Virus record (IMG/VR): IMGVR_UViG_3300033463_000070
Location: 20,700-84,699 of that record
Reading direction: 5' to 3' (one strand)
DNA from: a virus
Lineage: Duplodnaviria; Caudoviricetes
Length of the DNA stretch: 64,000 bases
Part shown: piece by piece, positions 11,101-19,754 of the stretch
Layout: the number at the start of each line of letters is the position of its first letter
How positions within the stretch are numbered: the first letter of the stretch is position 1
Notes under the pieces: model-generated
The model's database searches: none
The model's input: only the letters and a program-made list of their open reading frames with translations
What the model was told of the DNA's origin: nothing
Translations under genes and position numbers: made by a program

Positions 11101-12673
11101 TATGTCTATTAATAATTTTTATTTTAAATCAGAATTTATTGACGAAAACAAATGGGATATTCGAAATATCGAAGGACCAAACAGAAAAGGAATTCGATAT
11201 TTAACCGATAAAGATGAAACTAATTATTTATCATTCCATTTTGATATTGACCTTGACAGTGTGGATGGTATTCAATTCTATATGAATGGGTTAAATAAAT
11301 CATTATCATATGCTCGTATGAATATTAAAGTTATCAGTAATAATCAAACCGAAACTATTAAAACTTTTGCTAGAAGTAATCTATTTGAAATCAAGGAAGA
11401 AATTTATAAAAAACATATGAATACAAAAGATATTACTATTGAACTTAATTTCTATGATGTAGAACTAAATTCAGAAATAATAATAAATGAATGTTTCTTG
11501 ATTGTGCAAAAAGACAATAAAAAGATTCATGTACCACAATTAAATGAACAAACATTATATATTGATAATTATGCAAATAAACATTATAAAATTAGTAGTC
11601 AAAATATGTGGGGACTTAACGACAAATCTCCACAATATTTAAACGGAAAAATGTTAGAAACAGGATTGCTTGCTTGCTTTGAATTTGACAATATTAATGT
11701 AGGAGATATATTTAAAATATATGACATAAACATGCACATGGTCTACAAAAACAAAGAAGGTAATATTATAACTGGTATACTACCTATAACCGAAGATAAA
11801 ATGAATATTCAATTAGTAGACGCTGATGTGGTTAAAAATAATGCAGAGAATTGGGGGTCATTCAGAGGAAATAGTGATGGTTTAAATAATTTAGAATCTG
11901 AAATTATTAACACAACTGATGAAAAATTGTTAGATTCTATCCCTATCTTAAATTCAGTATATCAATCATTCAAACCAGCAACAGAAGACTTTTATAAAGT
12001 TATATTGCAATACGCTGGTAAAGCTGGATATCCAAATGATAATATCATAGTATCTATATATGATGATTTAAACAATTCACCTGATGTTTGTTTAGCATCA
12101 AAAAGAATTACACTACCAACTGTAATGAAAGATATTGATATTGATTTCCATATCACTGGGTTAAATACAGAAGAACAATATTGGATTATGATTGAAGATG
12201 ATAGTGCTGATGAAAATAATTATCATAAATTCAGACATAATAGTCATAAAGAATTAGGTATGTTATATATACAAAAAGATGGAGTATCAACATTATATGA
12301 CCATATAGCATTAAGTATGGCTATTGGTAATGGATATGATATGAGTGAGTTCTTCGAATATCCTCATACATGTGAATTAGATAATAATAATAAAACTTTC
12401 AAATTATATGATTCATTTTATCGATTCGATGTGCAAACAAGTAGCAATGTTTATTTAAATAATCTTTTGATTAAGAGTGGATATAAACATTTCTGCACAC
12501 AAGAAGATATTGAAACAAGAGATGAAGAAGAACCATATGAAGATGAAGTATGGGATGGTCCTACTCAAGAAAGTAGTAGTTCCGAAAGTTTAACTCCTTA
12601 TCCTGATTGTGATGAATTGGATTGTGAGAGTTTAATAGAACCAGAACCGATAGAAGAACCAGAAAGTAGGTAA
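5135..12673 (+). CDS. Giant adhesin/baseplate-like protein (2512 aa) with DUF11-like repeats and a zinc-ribbon cluster
   Basis: DUF11-like units (LDVKTSVSNKTPYLNEIIDYTIKVTN; ITIGDEIYYVIEVIN). Central LQVLVDRVKPFGTK resembles the baseplate-wedge L..L...KP motif. Four CxxC-x9-10-CxxC units and an acidic C-terminal tail. Confidence 0.55.
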   Translation: MATKKVTIYPSKITTQATRSTETNTQILENKENLKSSNKSLAFWGVRHPTWKPSYLRRYPDSITTPSGSFNDPAPFTASKFKISGADKRSKVKNIWVEYKWEQISYSSTTAYGKFDKPIIKIKKGDKQLDSIYGAIPSKNRYDNCKSGSCQNVDSAELAKLHTHKLTGVSELTLDDLLNNVKIIFDPKKNTASNHCRIVIQFFRIIVEYTPYVSKDKKKDPPQIIDEEPEPQIIHPNYDISVKLDKKKALINEEYYCTLKVWNTVPNAEILSPLQVLLDIPVNTEISVVEMIGGGDITVNNGCQWYITDFENNMAQVKFICKTNLPVQQGTYIGSFFYPTTSQQGKSSDYIKIVSDDVEFSFYKSNTKSSFVQGSTEDNTSFFYVTMNASELPTGATIEIDTAGFITEETWGKWVKNTNDYDLNLVPNTNGIWKITNIKTQYIKLPSNLIDLTSQGAGQYTLLATYKKNEKILTRKIYLTVAGRKLQKEYFKLRLEDGSDVQYNDLSITEGDDLSIPLEFSMEDMYETFENNLIINGDTKRFSTKEARYASFDLYIESDEDETYENVIAYLDAYDEEYECEEIIIGADANIDLHTSNTGRTFCVIHELKTNTHNKLKFILQSDEPRETVIKLKPLNYDEYDTGKWKPMNITFKDIPDIQIKIKGPSEIIYHNNKEAEFKLQYIIQNKSNIKGEDIKFQLTEHTAFERDIYPYKFSAQYGASFNTPIFNDKKRTIYFPELSANGPEHILEVSYRARKKGIFEFAIQTVDYGNTLKDDQHYNIYRHKMLVNVTADLDVKTSVSNKTPYLNEIIDYTIKVTNRSKRQENLTFQIRDIGHYERNLHRKNDYNIIEWEGPGQFETKEDTEQEQWVNNYIGLWTLTNVQPDETNTLVLSLQPKDTGTHVINTITTDKNGNVQSFDDYVQVYEPDKKIDLNVYQAINQTEHENCCNPDILTEICDDDFITIGDEIYYVIEVINKERNDIHPADRVHGYLKEGAVVKVKIRLPKSFEYTGCATQDGDDGFEIDETGLITLHVDDITQCDSRKFCFKVIPQKKGKFVSNFILSARNTKTINKKLNLMVDSYFDERKTEHEITIYNFEKTNRYFRYELDGDNNLFKFYNKGDKSKRTVDVEKHNASKLEVYRGSTLKELVDKIKDESKYVEPELIRVGSNHLATKGYELYPNGFINRFGLLNSEVYHYTGQLPTIGNLVDYALRWDVDNWDQKVWTGKNYQNGVFSLTVNYSKIPTNFNILELTKPLNTLQVLVDRVKPFGTKAICYFSFDVKFEIKIVMDEIKSELLNDLSFNIKLEDLGLISWYNRHDNSVAIYFDLTKYYIDIDDDILISLSSQDKTFWDNKHIIGEVDAEYCVDVFNESRSRQYIEDAYDIVENLQDKSNYIKNVTISKHNVDEISPTSLLVTDKTTVNRIHNEDVFNFYFDYDINYDEKIGIFLDTEEGELYCQLIKNKLTHNQFQLIHPDGNIINTINKKNITNFKIQVQCFELNNKNKIIHFWCAINTLDYEYLGYYICSNTFAPSIFLFNKTSIGNTNNRICSYTYTSQKDDPITFSIDDNEHYTSPKYSEIYQTNSRYQWNNLNKIGKQPISLKTTLDSECEIKTIKPPKLMLRYDKFNLDRSDEIIDIFFDIKSNKAIENLNLGVFRDGTYYLPKKGVVKKIYMPHHIDNVIQEYNSTVSIQQPNITICSECLKTSLGYYNKCPYCSSESVTHQKEKQDVTICYNCGWVSDGWRTNCKHCLSKDIIRTTVDYNKTYCYNCRSMHDDYYSACPYCFSTNIIHLQNDSDMYRIYNQDITNIKPIVIQSDIEGSINVCNITIPLNKNSKKLDELKDLTLVMNVTNNNNGEYYYCETCETTGLGNPEKCPNCNESSPKYYHAINLYDNYNNKKSNLTMFVYSTVNGETSICEVTPNGGNVDGTVDIEIPILDLAKRNNRDSFNLIIDAENTIYKASKETIYKAPISNYGQEYLDKALQSIFMDMSINNFYFKSEFIDENKWDIRNIEGPNRKGIRYLTDKDETNYLSFHFDIDLDSVDGIQFYMNGLNKSLSYARMNIKVISNNQTETIKTFARSNLFEIKEEIYKKHMNTKDITIELNFYDVELNSEIIINECFLIVQKDNKKIHVPQLNEQTLYIDNYANKHYKISSQNMWGLNDKSPQYLNGKMLETGLLACFEFDNINVGDIFKIYDINMHMVYKNKEGNIITGILPITEDKMNIQLVDADVVKNNAENWGSFRGNSDGLNNLESEIINTTDEKLLDSIPILNSVYQSFKPATEDFYKVILQYAGKAGYPNDNIIVSIYDDLNNSPDVCLASKRITLPTVMKDIDIDFHITGLNTEEQYWIMIEDDSADENNYHKFRHNSHKELGMLYIQKDGVSTLYDHIALSMAIGNGYDMSEFFEYPHTCELDNNNKTFKLYDSFYRFDVQTSSNVYLNNLLIKSGYKHFCTQEDIETRDEEEPYEDEVWDGPTQESSSSESLTPYPDCDELDCESLIEPEPIEEPESR

Positions 12674-12678
12674 TAAAT

Positions 12679-12840
12679 ATGAAAATAAATACTGAGGCAC
12701 AAATAAAACAACATATGATTGAAATTACAAAAAAAGATACTGGAGAAAAAAAGTATCTTTGTAAAATGAATGACGAATGGAAAGAAATTTCAAAAGAGGA
12801 TTATAATAAAATTTTAGGTGATAACAATGGCAAGCAATAA
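12679..12840 (+). CDS. Small hypothetical protein (53 aa, below the ORF-track cutoff)
   Basis: Read directly as MKINTEAQIKQHMIEITKKDTGEKKYLCKMNDEWKEISKEDYNKILGDNNGKQ. Fills the gap and overlaps the next start. Confidence 0.6.
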   Translation: MKINTEAQIKQHMIEITKKDTGEKKYLCKMNDEWKEISKEDYNKILGDNNGKQ

Positions 12841-13252
12841 AATAATTACAGCAGAAGGAAAAACAAAAATGTTAGAATATGTTTTTGCTGGAGACGAAGG
12901 TTTTAATTATCTTGCATTAGGAGTAGGAGGAAGTACTAATGATGCAAGTAATGCATCTAGTACTGGAGATAAAAATGATTTTAACGAATTAAGTGGAAAC
13001 AATTACGAAAGAGTTGCCTTAGTTAAAGAAGGTAATACCGCAGCAGATTCACAATCAATTACTTTATCAGCCACTTTTACAGATAGTAATTATAATCCAT
13101 CAAACGGTGGAAATGTAGGTGAAATTGCTATCGTAAATAATGCTACAGCAAATGAAGAATTAGACACATTTTTCGCTTTTGCAGATATACCTGATATATT
13201 AAAATCTGATAACATTAGTTTAAAATACACTATTGTAATTTCAATATTATAA
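12827..13252 (+). CDS. Baseplate/tail-collar-type protein
   Basis: IITAEGKTKMLEYVF...YLALGVGG...YERVAL...GEIAI...FAFADIP pattern is typical of phage tail-fibre collar/baseplate proteins. The GGTGA RBS favours ATG 12827 over the 12818 start. Confidence 0.55.
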   Translation: MASNKIITAEGKTKMLEYVFAGDEGFNYLALGVGGSTNDASNASSTGDKNDFNELSGNNYERVALVKEGNTAADSQSITLSATFTDSNYNPSNGGNVGEIAIVNNATANEELDTFFAFADIPDILKSDNISLKYTIVISIL

Positions 13253-13263
13253 GGTGAGAACAA

Positions 13264-16200
13264 ATGCCCTCATATTATAATAGAATAAAAGGGACATTAG
13301 AAGTAGCCAAATTAGCTAGAGCATCAGATATACATTTAATTCAGTCTGGAATTCAAAACGCTATTTCTAATGTTATTATAGATATGTTTGGGCCAAGTTT
13401 TGTATTAGGAGAATCAGAAAACGATTTAAAACTTGTTCCAACTGCTATACATGTAGACCAAATAAATACAAGTTGTGATGAAGACAACCAATGGATTTCT
13501 TTTTACGATAGATATTTCAGACAATCTTTATTTATTGAAAAATCATCTATAGAATCAATCACATTAAATATGATAAATGATTCTAAAATAGAGACTACTA
13601 TTTATGCTGAAATAAGAGATATTAATTATAATTTACTAAAAGAAACAAACGCAAAACTTCATTGTACTGAATCTGATGGATACGAAGAAGTTACATTTCA
13701 TTTTGATTTACATCATTTAGGTGTGGGTAGATACTACTTTGTATTAAAACCTGTAGATATATCTGCCGCTGATTTGGCATTAAACGGTGATGAGGGCACA
13801 ATAGAAGTTATAGAACCAGAAATGTTTTGTGTAAGATATGATAGAGAAGGTAGCTACGAACAAGGACTCGAAGCATCATACAACGGAGTAGATTATTTAG
13901 ATGCTTGCTTACTTGAAGACCAACTCGAATACGAAGACGGAGAAACCTACACAACAACAAACAATAATTTCGACTTATATTTTGAACACACATTCAGCTC
14001 AGGAAACACATATCTAATTAATCCCGGAGCAGCTGTAGTACATGGACAAAAAGTATACGCACGAGATACACATGTCACAATTGCTGGACCATCTCCATTA
14101 GGGGATAGAACTGACTTAGTTGTTTTAACACAAGAAGGATATCTTAACGTTATAAAAGGCAGTGTTTATAATGGAGCAATCAAAAGACCAAGTAGTGATA
14201 GTGGATTAAAAATAGCATACATCACAAGTTACAAAACAGAAAATGCTGATTGGATATGTCCAAGTTGCCAAGTAAGTAATGATGGAAATTCAAGTGAATG
14301 TTATAATTGTGGTTCAACAATAAACACAAAAGTACCATTAATAGAACAAGCTGACGATAATGGTATGACTCGGCAAAGAGACGTTCTTGAACGATTACGT
14401 CGATTAGAAAAAATGATGACATATGAGCAAGAATATAATCGTCCAACAAGAGTTAAATACATTTGTACAAATGACCCAGTTGTTTTCCAAAGCAATGATG
14501 AATACGATAATACTTATATAGATGCTGATGCCCCATATGGAATGACAACTATTTATAAAGGAGGTCAGAGAGTAGATGTACCTGCCTCATCAGTAAGCAG
14601 TGAAGAATATATGTGGGCACTCAGAGAAGACCCATACGACCATCAAACATTTGCAGCCGTAACTGAAACTGAACGTGGTAAAATATATATATGGGACTTA
14701 GTTAATTATGATACCAAACCAAAAACAGTAGGATATGGAAATTATATTACAGTACGTGTTGAAGGAAGTAATGGACATGGAAAAGCAGGTATTCCAGTTA
14801 CAGTAAAAATTTCAGGAAAAGGCAATACCTTTGAACAAACAATCAACACAAATAAAAATGGAAATATTCGTATTAACCCTTATAAATCATTAAATTGGGC
14901 GGCCGGAACATATAAAATGCAAGCAACTCATAATGGAAAAACCGTATCAGCTACATATACTATTGTTAAAAAAACAAGCAAAAACGGAGATTATGTAGGT
15001 ATGGATTTAAATGTTGTTGATATGGATAGATATGATAAAAATTTATTAACATTAGAAGGAGCATCTGTAGATAAAACTGGACAACAATTAATATCTGCAA
15101 CTATATATTTAGGAACAGTTGCAGGAGGTGTAGGAACATTAATGGACTTTACACCTGTCGATAGGACGAAAGAACATACGGATTATACAAAAAAAGATTT
15201 TAAAAATTTAATTAAAGGATTTAAAACATATAAAATCAAAAGACACGCAGGAAATGTAGATATTATTGTAGGGTCACACACTCCAGAACCAGTTCACACA
15301 CGAGTCGTAGGAGAAAAAGTAATTACCGGAAATGATGCATTTCATTTTGAAAATGCAACTATCGATTTACAAAAAGGTAGTTTCCAAATAGCACAAGTCA
15401 ATGATAAAGATGACGAATATACAACAAATGAATTAATATCAGAAGCTAATCCAAACGAAAAAGCGGAAGCTGTATACACTATATACAATAACATTAAAGA
15501 AATGAATAGTGAATATCCTGTTTTAGATTTCCATTATCAAGGAGGGTATATACATAGTTTAACTCCTTATATTAAAAAATTTAAAAATATAGAATCATTT
15601 AAAATAATTCTTTTTGAAAATAATTTGACATTTAACCAAACAGAAAATCATAGATTACTATATCAAAAGAAAATTGAAGATGATGAAAATTTCCCAAATG
15701 TATATGTCAGTCCAGAAGTAGAAATTTCAAGTGCAGCAAAAACAGATAAATCAGGGAATAAAATATTAAATAATTATCATAAATTTATTGTAGACCAACA
15801 CATTCCACAAGGAAATTATTCATTATTCTTTTATGCCAAAATAGCTGAAGGATACACTGAGGGTGCTATATTTGTCGACGAATATCCAGCTATGAGTGAA
15901 TCTGATAAATATGGAACTGCTACTAAAGTACAAGGAACATGTAATCCAGCCATAATAAGCTTAGAAACTAACAGTGCATCTGGTAATACATGGGATTTAC
16001 TTCGTGAAGAAAAAAGTAATCAATACAAAGCTACAGGTATAGTTATTTCCAAACCAATATCTGTAGATAGTAATTATGAAATAAGGTCTGTCAAATTAGA
16101 TTATAATAATAAGATACCTGATGGATGTGATATGACAATTCAAGTATCTAATGATGGAGGAAGAAATTGGGTTACAGCTAAACATAATATAGTAACATTC

Positions 16201-18573
16201 AGTGGATTAGGTAGTATTTTTGAATGGAAAGTAGTTATGAGAGGTAACGGGACAGGAACTCCAATGCTTGAATTTGATTATGATAGAGGTTATGCTCTTA
16301 AAGTCACATTAAATACAATTACAAGTGATTATGTATCATATGAAGATTATGGTAGGTGTTTACCTACTCCGGTTATGGATTTCACAGCTATGACATATAA
16401 GGTATTTGGAGATTCTACTATAACTCAAAAAGACTTCAGTGAATGGGAATGGGCTCGTTTGTTTATGGAAGATGAAGATAGATTAAATAATATTACTATA
16501 CTTATATCAAATGGTAATACTGACGATAACCCTATTTATACTAGTACAAGAATGGATGATTGGAATAGAAATTTATTCTTCCATCAAGCAATTTGTGATT
16601 TAACATTAGATGATTTTGAACATACTTCAATAGATTATAGCAATTATGACCCAACTATAGAGCATGATGAATATAATTTTAGATTTAAATATGATACGGA
16701 ATACGGAGAAACAGTCGGCTCAGGGGTAGCTATAGGTGACTGGAGAAACGCAAAAGCATTTGCTAATTATCCAATAATTGATATGGGTAATTTTGAAAGT
16801 GTTGATAAAAGTAATATCTCATATGTATACAGAGGAAATGCAGGAAATGTATGGACTCAATATTCAGGTACAAAAGCAATTGCGGAACCATATTGGGGAA
16901 CAAGATATTTAGGACCTCAAGATTCAGCAAATAATTCAACCGCAAAATATTACAATTCAGAAGACGATAATACTTATGACAGAAGAGCAATTATAGCAGG
17001 AATGCTGTTTGAAGATGGACTCACTATTGATGATAAATATCTTGATTTAACTCTTGATATTTTTGTATCCATGGGAAGCACAGAAGGAAGACCAATCGAT
17101 GAAAACAACGATGCTATAAAATACGATGAAAAAGGAAAACCTATACACAAAACAGATGACAATGGTGTTGCGTTATACAGTGATGTTGCAAAAATACATC
17201 CATTATATGAAGAAGAAACCGGTGTAGCATACTTCCCGGGTGGAACATTTGAAATAGTTGTATCACTTAACCCATATGGACTTATGGATAATGATGCAAG
17301 TTATGGACAAAGATATACAATCACTAATAGATTATATAATAATACATATAATAAAATATCTATTCCAGACATCTTTGATGATTTTGTTGGAAGTGACATT
17401 TATTGTATAGGAATAAGAGCTATAGATAATAATAGTAGTGCCATCGATGGTCAAAGCGTAGGTGGACTAAAACAAGGTGATGTTATCGGAATAGGAGATT
17501 TAAAATTCGGTAGTCATGATAGATTATTATATTGGCCATCTACTAGACGATATGCATGGAAAAAAGGTGCTATGGTAGATGAAGGAAGAATGACAAAACA
17601 ACATTCATATGCCTCAGTACAAGAATATCTAAATGGAATAGGCACAGTAATTTTCCCATTAACAAGAGATTATCCAAGAGATAAAAATGGTAGACATTAT
17701 CCTAACCCAAATTTTGAAACTCGTGATATTGAAGAAGCTGTAACAAAACCTTCAGCACGATATAAAGATAGTTATGGTGGAACACAATTTGTGGATGGAG
17801 AATACAGTGGGCTTGGAACTCCATTAAGATACAGACAAACAGATAATGGAGTCAAAAAAGGTGAATACACTCCTTGTGGAGAATCAAGTAATGCAAATGA
17901 TATACATATCGCTGGAGACAAAATATTAGATGGAAATAATCACAGTACTGATTTGCAATTCCCACAAATGATATTTACATTCCTTAAGGAACCCGTAGTT
18001 GATGAACCGTCATTTTATATAGATGTCGATTTTAATTTAGACGCTTATAAATGGGTAAGAATTGAACATTGGATAGAATCTGAACTAATAAACCAAGAAC
18101 CATCAGATAACGAAAAAAATAGATATAATGATGGATTCACCTATTATACTCAAATGCCTGATGGAAAATGGACCAAAACACAAGGACAATTACACGCCGG
18201 AGATATAGTTGTTGAATTTTATGACACAAGAGACCACACAGATAATGGAGTAAAACCGGTTGAAATATTTAATTTACCTGCATGGGGAAGAATACAAACA
18301 AGGTCTAAAGCAACAAATAAAGAAGTTAATGCATGGTTTAAAGTACGTAATGGTGGAAGAATTAAACGTATAGTTATTAAGCGTAAAAACCCAACAGGAG
18401 ATACCAATATATCTTATCCTTTAAGATTACATCTTTACGATATTGGTATGCACAGAGAACAAACTGTACCAGCATTAGGTTCACAATTACAAATGAGAGT
18501 TTATCCAAAAGCAGAAGCAACAGGGGACAACACAAATATCAGAAAATTTGGAGTTGTTTATAGAATAGCATAG
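13264..18573 (+). CDS. Large tail fibre / receptor-binding protein (1769 aa)
   Basis: GGTGA RBS. N-terminal ARASDIHLIQ and DRTDLVVL motifs resemble tail-fibre attachment regions. Contains QVSNDGGRNW, one zinc ribbon (CPSC-x9-CYNC) and an Ig-like segment. Confidence 0.55.
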   Translation: MPSYYNRIKGTLEVAKLARASDIHLIQSGIQNAISNVIIDMFGPSFVLGESENDLKLVPTAIHVDQINTSCDEDNQWISFYDRYFRQSLFIEKSSIESITLNMINDSKIETTIYAEIRDINYNLLKETNAKLHCTESDGYEEVTFHFDLHHLGVGRYYFVLKPVDISAADLALNGDEGTIEVIEPEMFCVRYDREGSYEQGLEASYNGVDYLDACLLEDQLEYEDGETYTTTNNNFDLYFEHTFSSGNTYLINPGAAVVHGQKVYARDTHVTIAGPSPLGDRTDLVVLTQEGYLNVIKGSVYNGAIKRPSSDSGLKIAYITSYKTENADWICPSCQVSNDGNSSECYNCGSTINTKVPLIEQADDNGMTRQRDVLERLRRLEKMMTYEQEYNRPTRVKYICTNDPVVFQSNDEYDNTYIDADAPYGMTTIYKGGQRVDVPASSVSSEEYMWALREDPYDHQTFAAVTETERGKIYIWDLVNYDTKPKTVGYGNYITVRVEGSNGHGKAGIPVTVKISGKGNTFEQTINTNKNGNIRINPYKSLNWAAGTYKMQATHNGKTVSATYTIVKKTSKNGDYVGMDLNVVDMDRYDKNLLTLEGASVDKTGQQLISATIYLGTVAGGVGTLMDFTPVDRTKEHTDYTKKDFKNLIKGFKTYKIKRHAGNVDIIVGSHTPEPVHTRVVGEKVITGNDAFHFENATIDLQKGSFQIAQVNDKDDEYTTNELISEANPNEKAEAVYTIYNNIKEMNSEYPVLDFHYQGGYIHSLTPYIKKFKNIESFKIILFENNLTFNQTENHRLLYQKKIEDDENFPNVYVSPEVEISSAAKTDKSGNKILNNYHKFIVDQHIPQGNYSLFFYAKIAEGYTEGAIFVDEYPAMSESDKYGTATKVQGTCNPAIISLETNSASGNTWDLLREEKSNQYKATGIVISKPISVDSNYEIRSVKLDYNNKIPDGCDMTIQVSNDGGRNWVTAKHNIVTFSGLGSIFEWKVVMRGNGTGTPMLEFDYDRGYALKVTLNTITSDYVSYEDYGRCLPTPVMDFTAMTYKVFGDSTITQKDFSEWEWARLFMEDEDRLNNITILISNGNTDDNPIYTSTRMDDWNRNLFFHQAICDLTLDDFEHTSIDYSNYDPTIEHDEYNFRFKYDTEYGETVGSGVAIGDWRNAKAFANYPIIDMGNFESVDKSNISYVYRGNAGNVWTQYSGTKAIAEPYWGTRYLGPQDSANNSTAKYYNSEDDNTYDRRAIIAGMLFEDGLTIDDKYLDLTLDIFVSMGSTEGRPIDENNDAIKYDEKGKPIHKTDDNGVALYSDVAKIHPLYEEETGVAYFPGGTFEIVVSLNPYGLMDNDASYGQRYTITNRLYNNTYNKISIPDIFDDFVGSDIYCIGIRAIDNNSSAIDGQSVGGLKQGDVIGIGDLKFGSHDRLLYWPSTRRYAWKKGAMVDEGRMTKQHSYASVQEYLNGIGTVIFPLTRDYPRDKNGRHYPNPNFETRDIEEAVTKPSARYKDSYGGTQFVDGEYSGLGTPLRYRQTDNGVKKGEYTPCGESSNANDIHIAGDKILDGNNHSTDLQFPQMIFTFLKEPVVDEPSFYIDVDFNLDAYKWVRIEHWIESELINQEPSDNEKNRYNDGFTYYTQMPDGKWTKTQGQLHAGDIVVEFYDTRDHTDNGVKPVEIFNLPAWGRIQTRSKATNKEVNAWFKVRNGGRIKRIVIKRKNPTGDTNISYPLRLHLYDIGMHREQTVPALGSQLQMRVYPKAEATGDNTNIRKFGVVYRIA

Positions 18574-18581
18574 GTGATATC

Positions 18582-18902
18582 ATGGCAGATTATTTTGAAA
18601 CTCAAACAGCAGCCGAAGTCAATGAAATTGATTTTAAAAGAATCACTCAAGACAATATCAGATTACAAAACCAAATACAAGAACAAGTAATCAATGATAT
18701 AAGTAATAAAATAGATAACATCGGAGAGTCCATTGAGGCTCCCGAAATTGACCTTACAGAAGTCACTGATATGCTTGCCGATATTGATACAAATATTATC
18801 AGTGCTCAAAATCAAGATATTATTGACATCGTCCAACAACAACAATCCCAAATTAATTCTATGGAAGAGAAATTGGATATGATATTGAAAAAATTAGAGT
18901 GA
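18582..18902 (+). CDS. Coiled-coil hypothetical protein (106 aa)
   Basis: GGTGA RBS, heptad-like Q/I/D pattern. Confidence 0.5.
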   Translation: MADYFETQTAAEVNEIDFKRITQDNIRLQNQIQEQVINDISNKIDNIGESIEAPEIDLTEVTDMLADIDTNIISAQNQDIIDIVQQQQSQINSMEEKLDMILKKLE

Positions 18903-18906
18903 AACT

Positions 18907-19491
18907 ATGGAAAAAATAATACGTGAAGAAATACACGATATTGCTGACAAAATATATGAGTTACAACAAAAATCAGAAAAACTTACTAATGGTCAGCGAT
19001 ATGCAGCTATCAATGAGATAGAAAAAAATATTACTCCACTCCGTATTGACCTTCGTAAATTAGAGCGTGAGTTATACGACCAAAATAATAATAAACGAGA
19101 AATCATTAAACAAATTGATACAATAGGGAAACAAATAACAGAGCTTGAAGAAATAAAAAGTGATTTAACTGCTCGTATTAATACAGAAAGTGAACATACT
19201 AGACAGGAACTTAATGATAAAATTATTAACTATATGAAAGAAGAGCTCACTCCTCTAAAAAACGCAACATTAGACAATCAAAAAGAAATCGCCGAAATAA
19301 AAAAAAGCATTTATGAATTAAAACTTGATATAACAGAACGAGAAAAAAATAGGGACGTTGAAGAAGCGAAAAAATTCGACCGCTTCAAATGGATAATTAC
19401 TGGAGTAGTTGCTGCCTTAGCAGCAATCTCCTCATTATCATTATGGCTTGAACCAAGTATTAGAATATTGGTTCGAATATTGACTAGTTAA
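18907..19491 (+). CDS. Coiled-coil protein with a C-terminal transmembrane helix (holin/XhlA-like candidate)
   Basis: Long heptad region followed by WIITGVVAALAAISSLSLWL. Last gene of the structural block. Confidence 0.4.
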   Translation: MEKIIREEIHDIADKIYELQQKSEKLTNGQRYAAINEIEKNITPLRIDLRKLERELYDQNNNKREIIKQIDTIGKQITELEEIKSDLTARINTESEHTRQELNDKIINYMKEELTPLKNATLDNQKEIAEIKKSIYELKLDITEREKNRDVEEAKKFDRFKWIITGVVAALAAISSLSLWLEPSIRILVRILTS

Positions 19492-19688
19492 TATTTGAGT
19501 GCTAACTCAATATCTTCTTCTTTGACGGTTTTTCTGCCTGCGTGTTTTGCGAAACCGTTTGCTCTTAATGCTACATCTGCAGCCCAGTCTTCAGCACTTG
19601 CTACTAATCTTGTAACTGCTTTATCACTACTTCTTATTGCTCCTACTGATTTTATAATTTTTTTTCCGCTTGCTTTTGGTATAACCAT
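19488..19688 (-). CDS. Archaeal histone (HMfA/HMfB family)
   Basis: MVIPKASGKKIIKSVGAIRSSDKA...HAGRKTVKEEDIELALKY aligns by eye with HMfA/B (conserved R19 and HAGRKT.K.EDIELA). GGAGG RBS. Confidence 0.92.
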   Translation of the reverse strand: MVIPKASGKKIIKSVGAIRSSDKAVTRLVASAEDWAADVALRANGFAKHAGRKTVKEEDIELALKY

Positions 19689-19719
19689 ATTTTAAGCCTC
19701 CATTTTATTTTTTTTGTTT

Positions 19720-19735
19720 ACAAGTTTAAACTTGT
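19720..19735. promoter_or_regulatory. Perfect 16-bp palindrome ACAAGTTTAAACTTGT upstream of the histone gene
   Basis: Seen directly. Centred on TTTAAA, about 32-47 nt upstream of the histone start. Confidence 0.5.
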
Positions 19736-19754
19736 TACTTATATGTTAGTCTAA

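Noticed and set aside
5135-18573. Diversity-generating retroelement acting on the tail/adhesin genes
   Set aside because: No reverse transcriptase and no TR/VR duplicate pair was seen in the window.
19471-19480. GGTTCGAAT resembling a tRNA T-loop
   Set aside because: It lies inside the coding end of the holin-like gene and has no cloverleaf stems.
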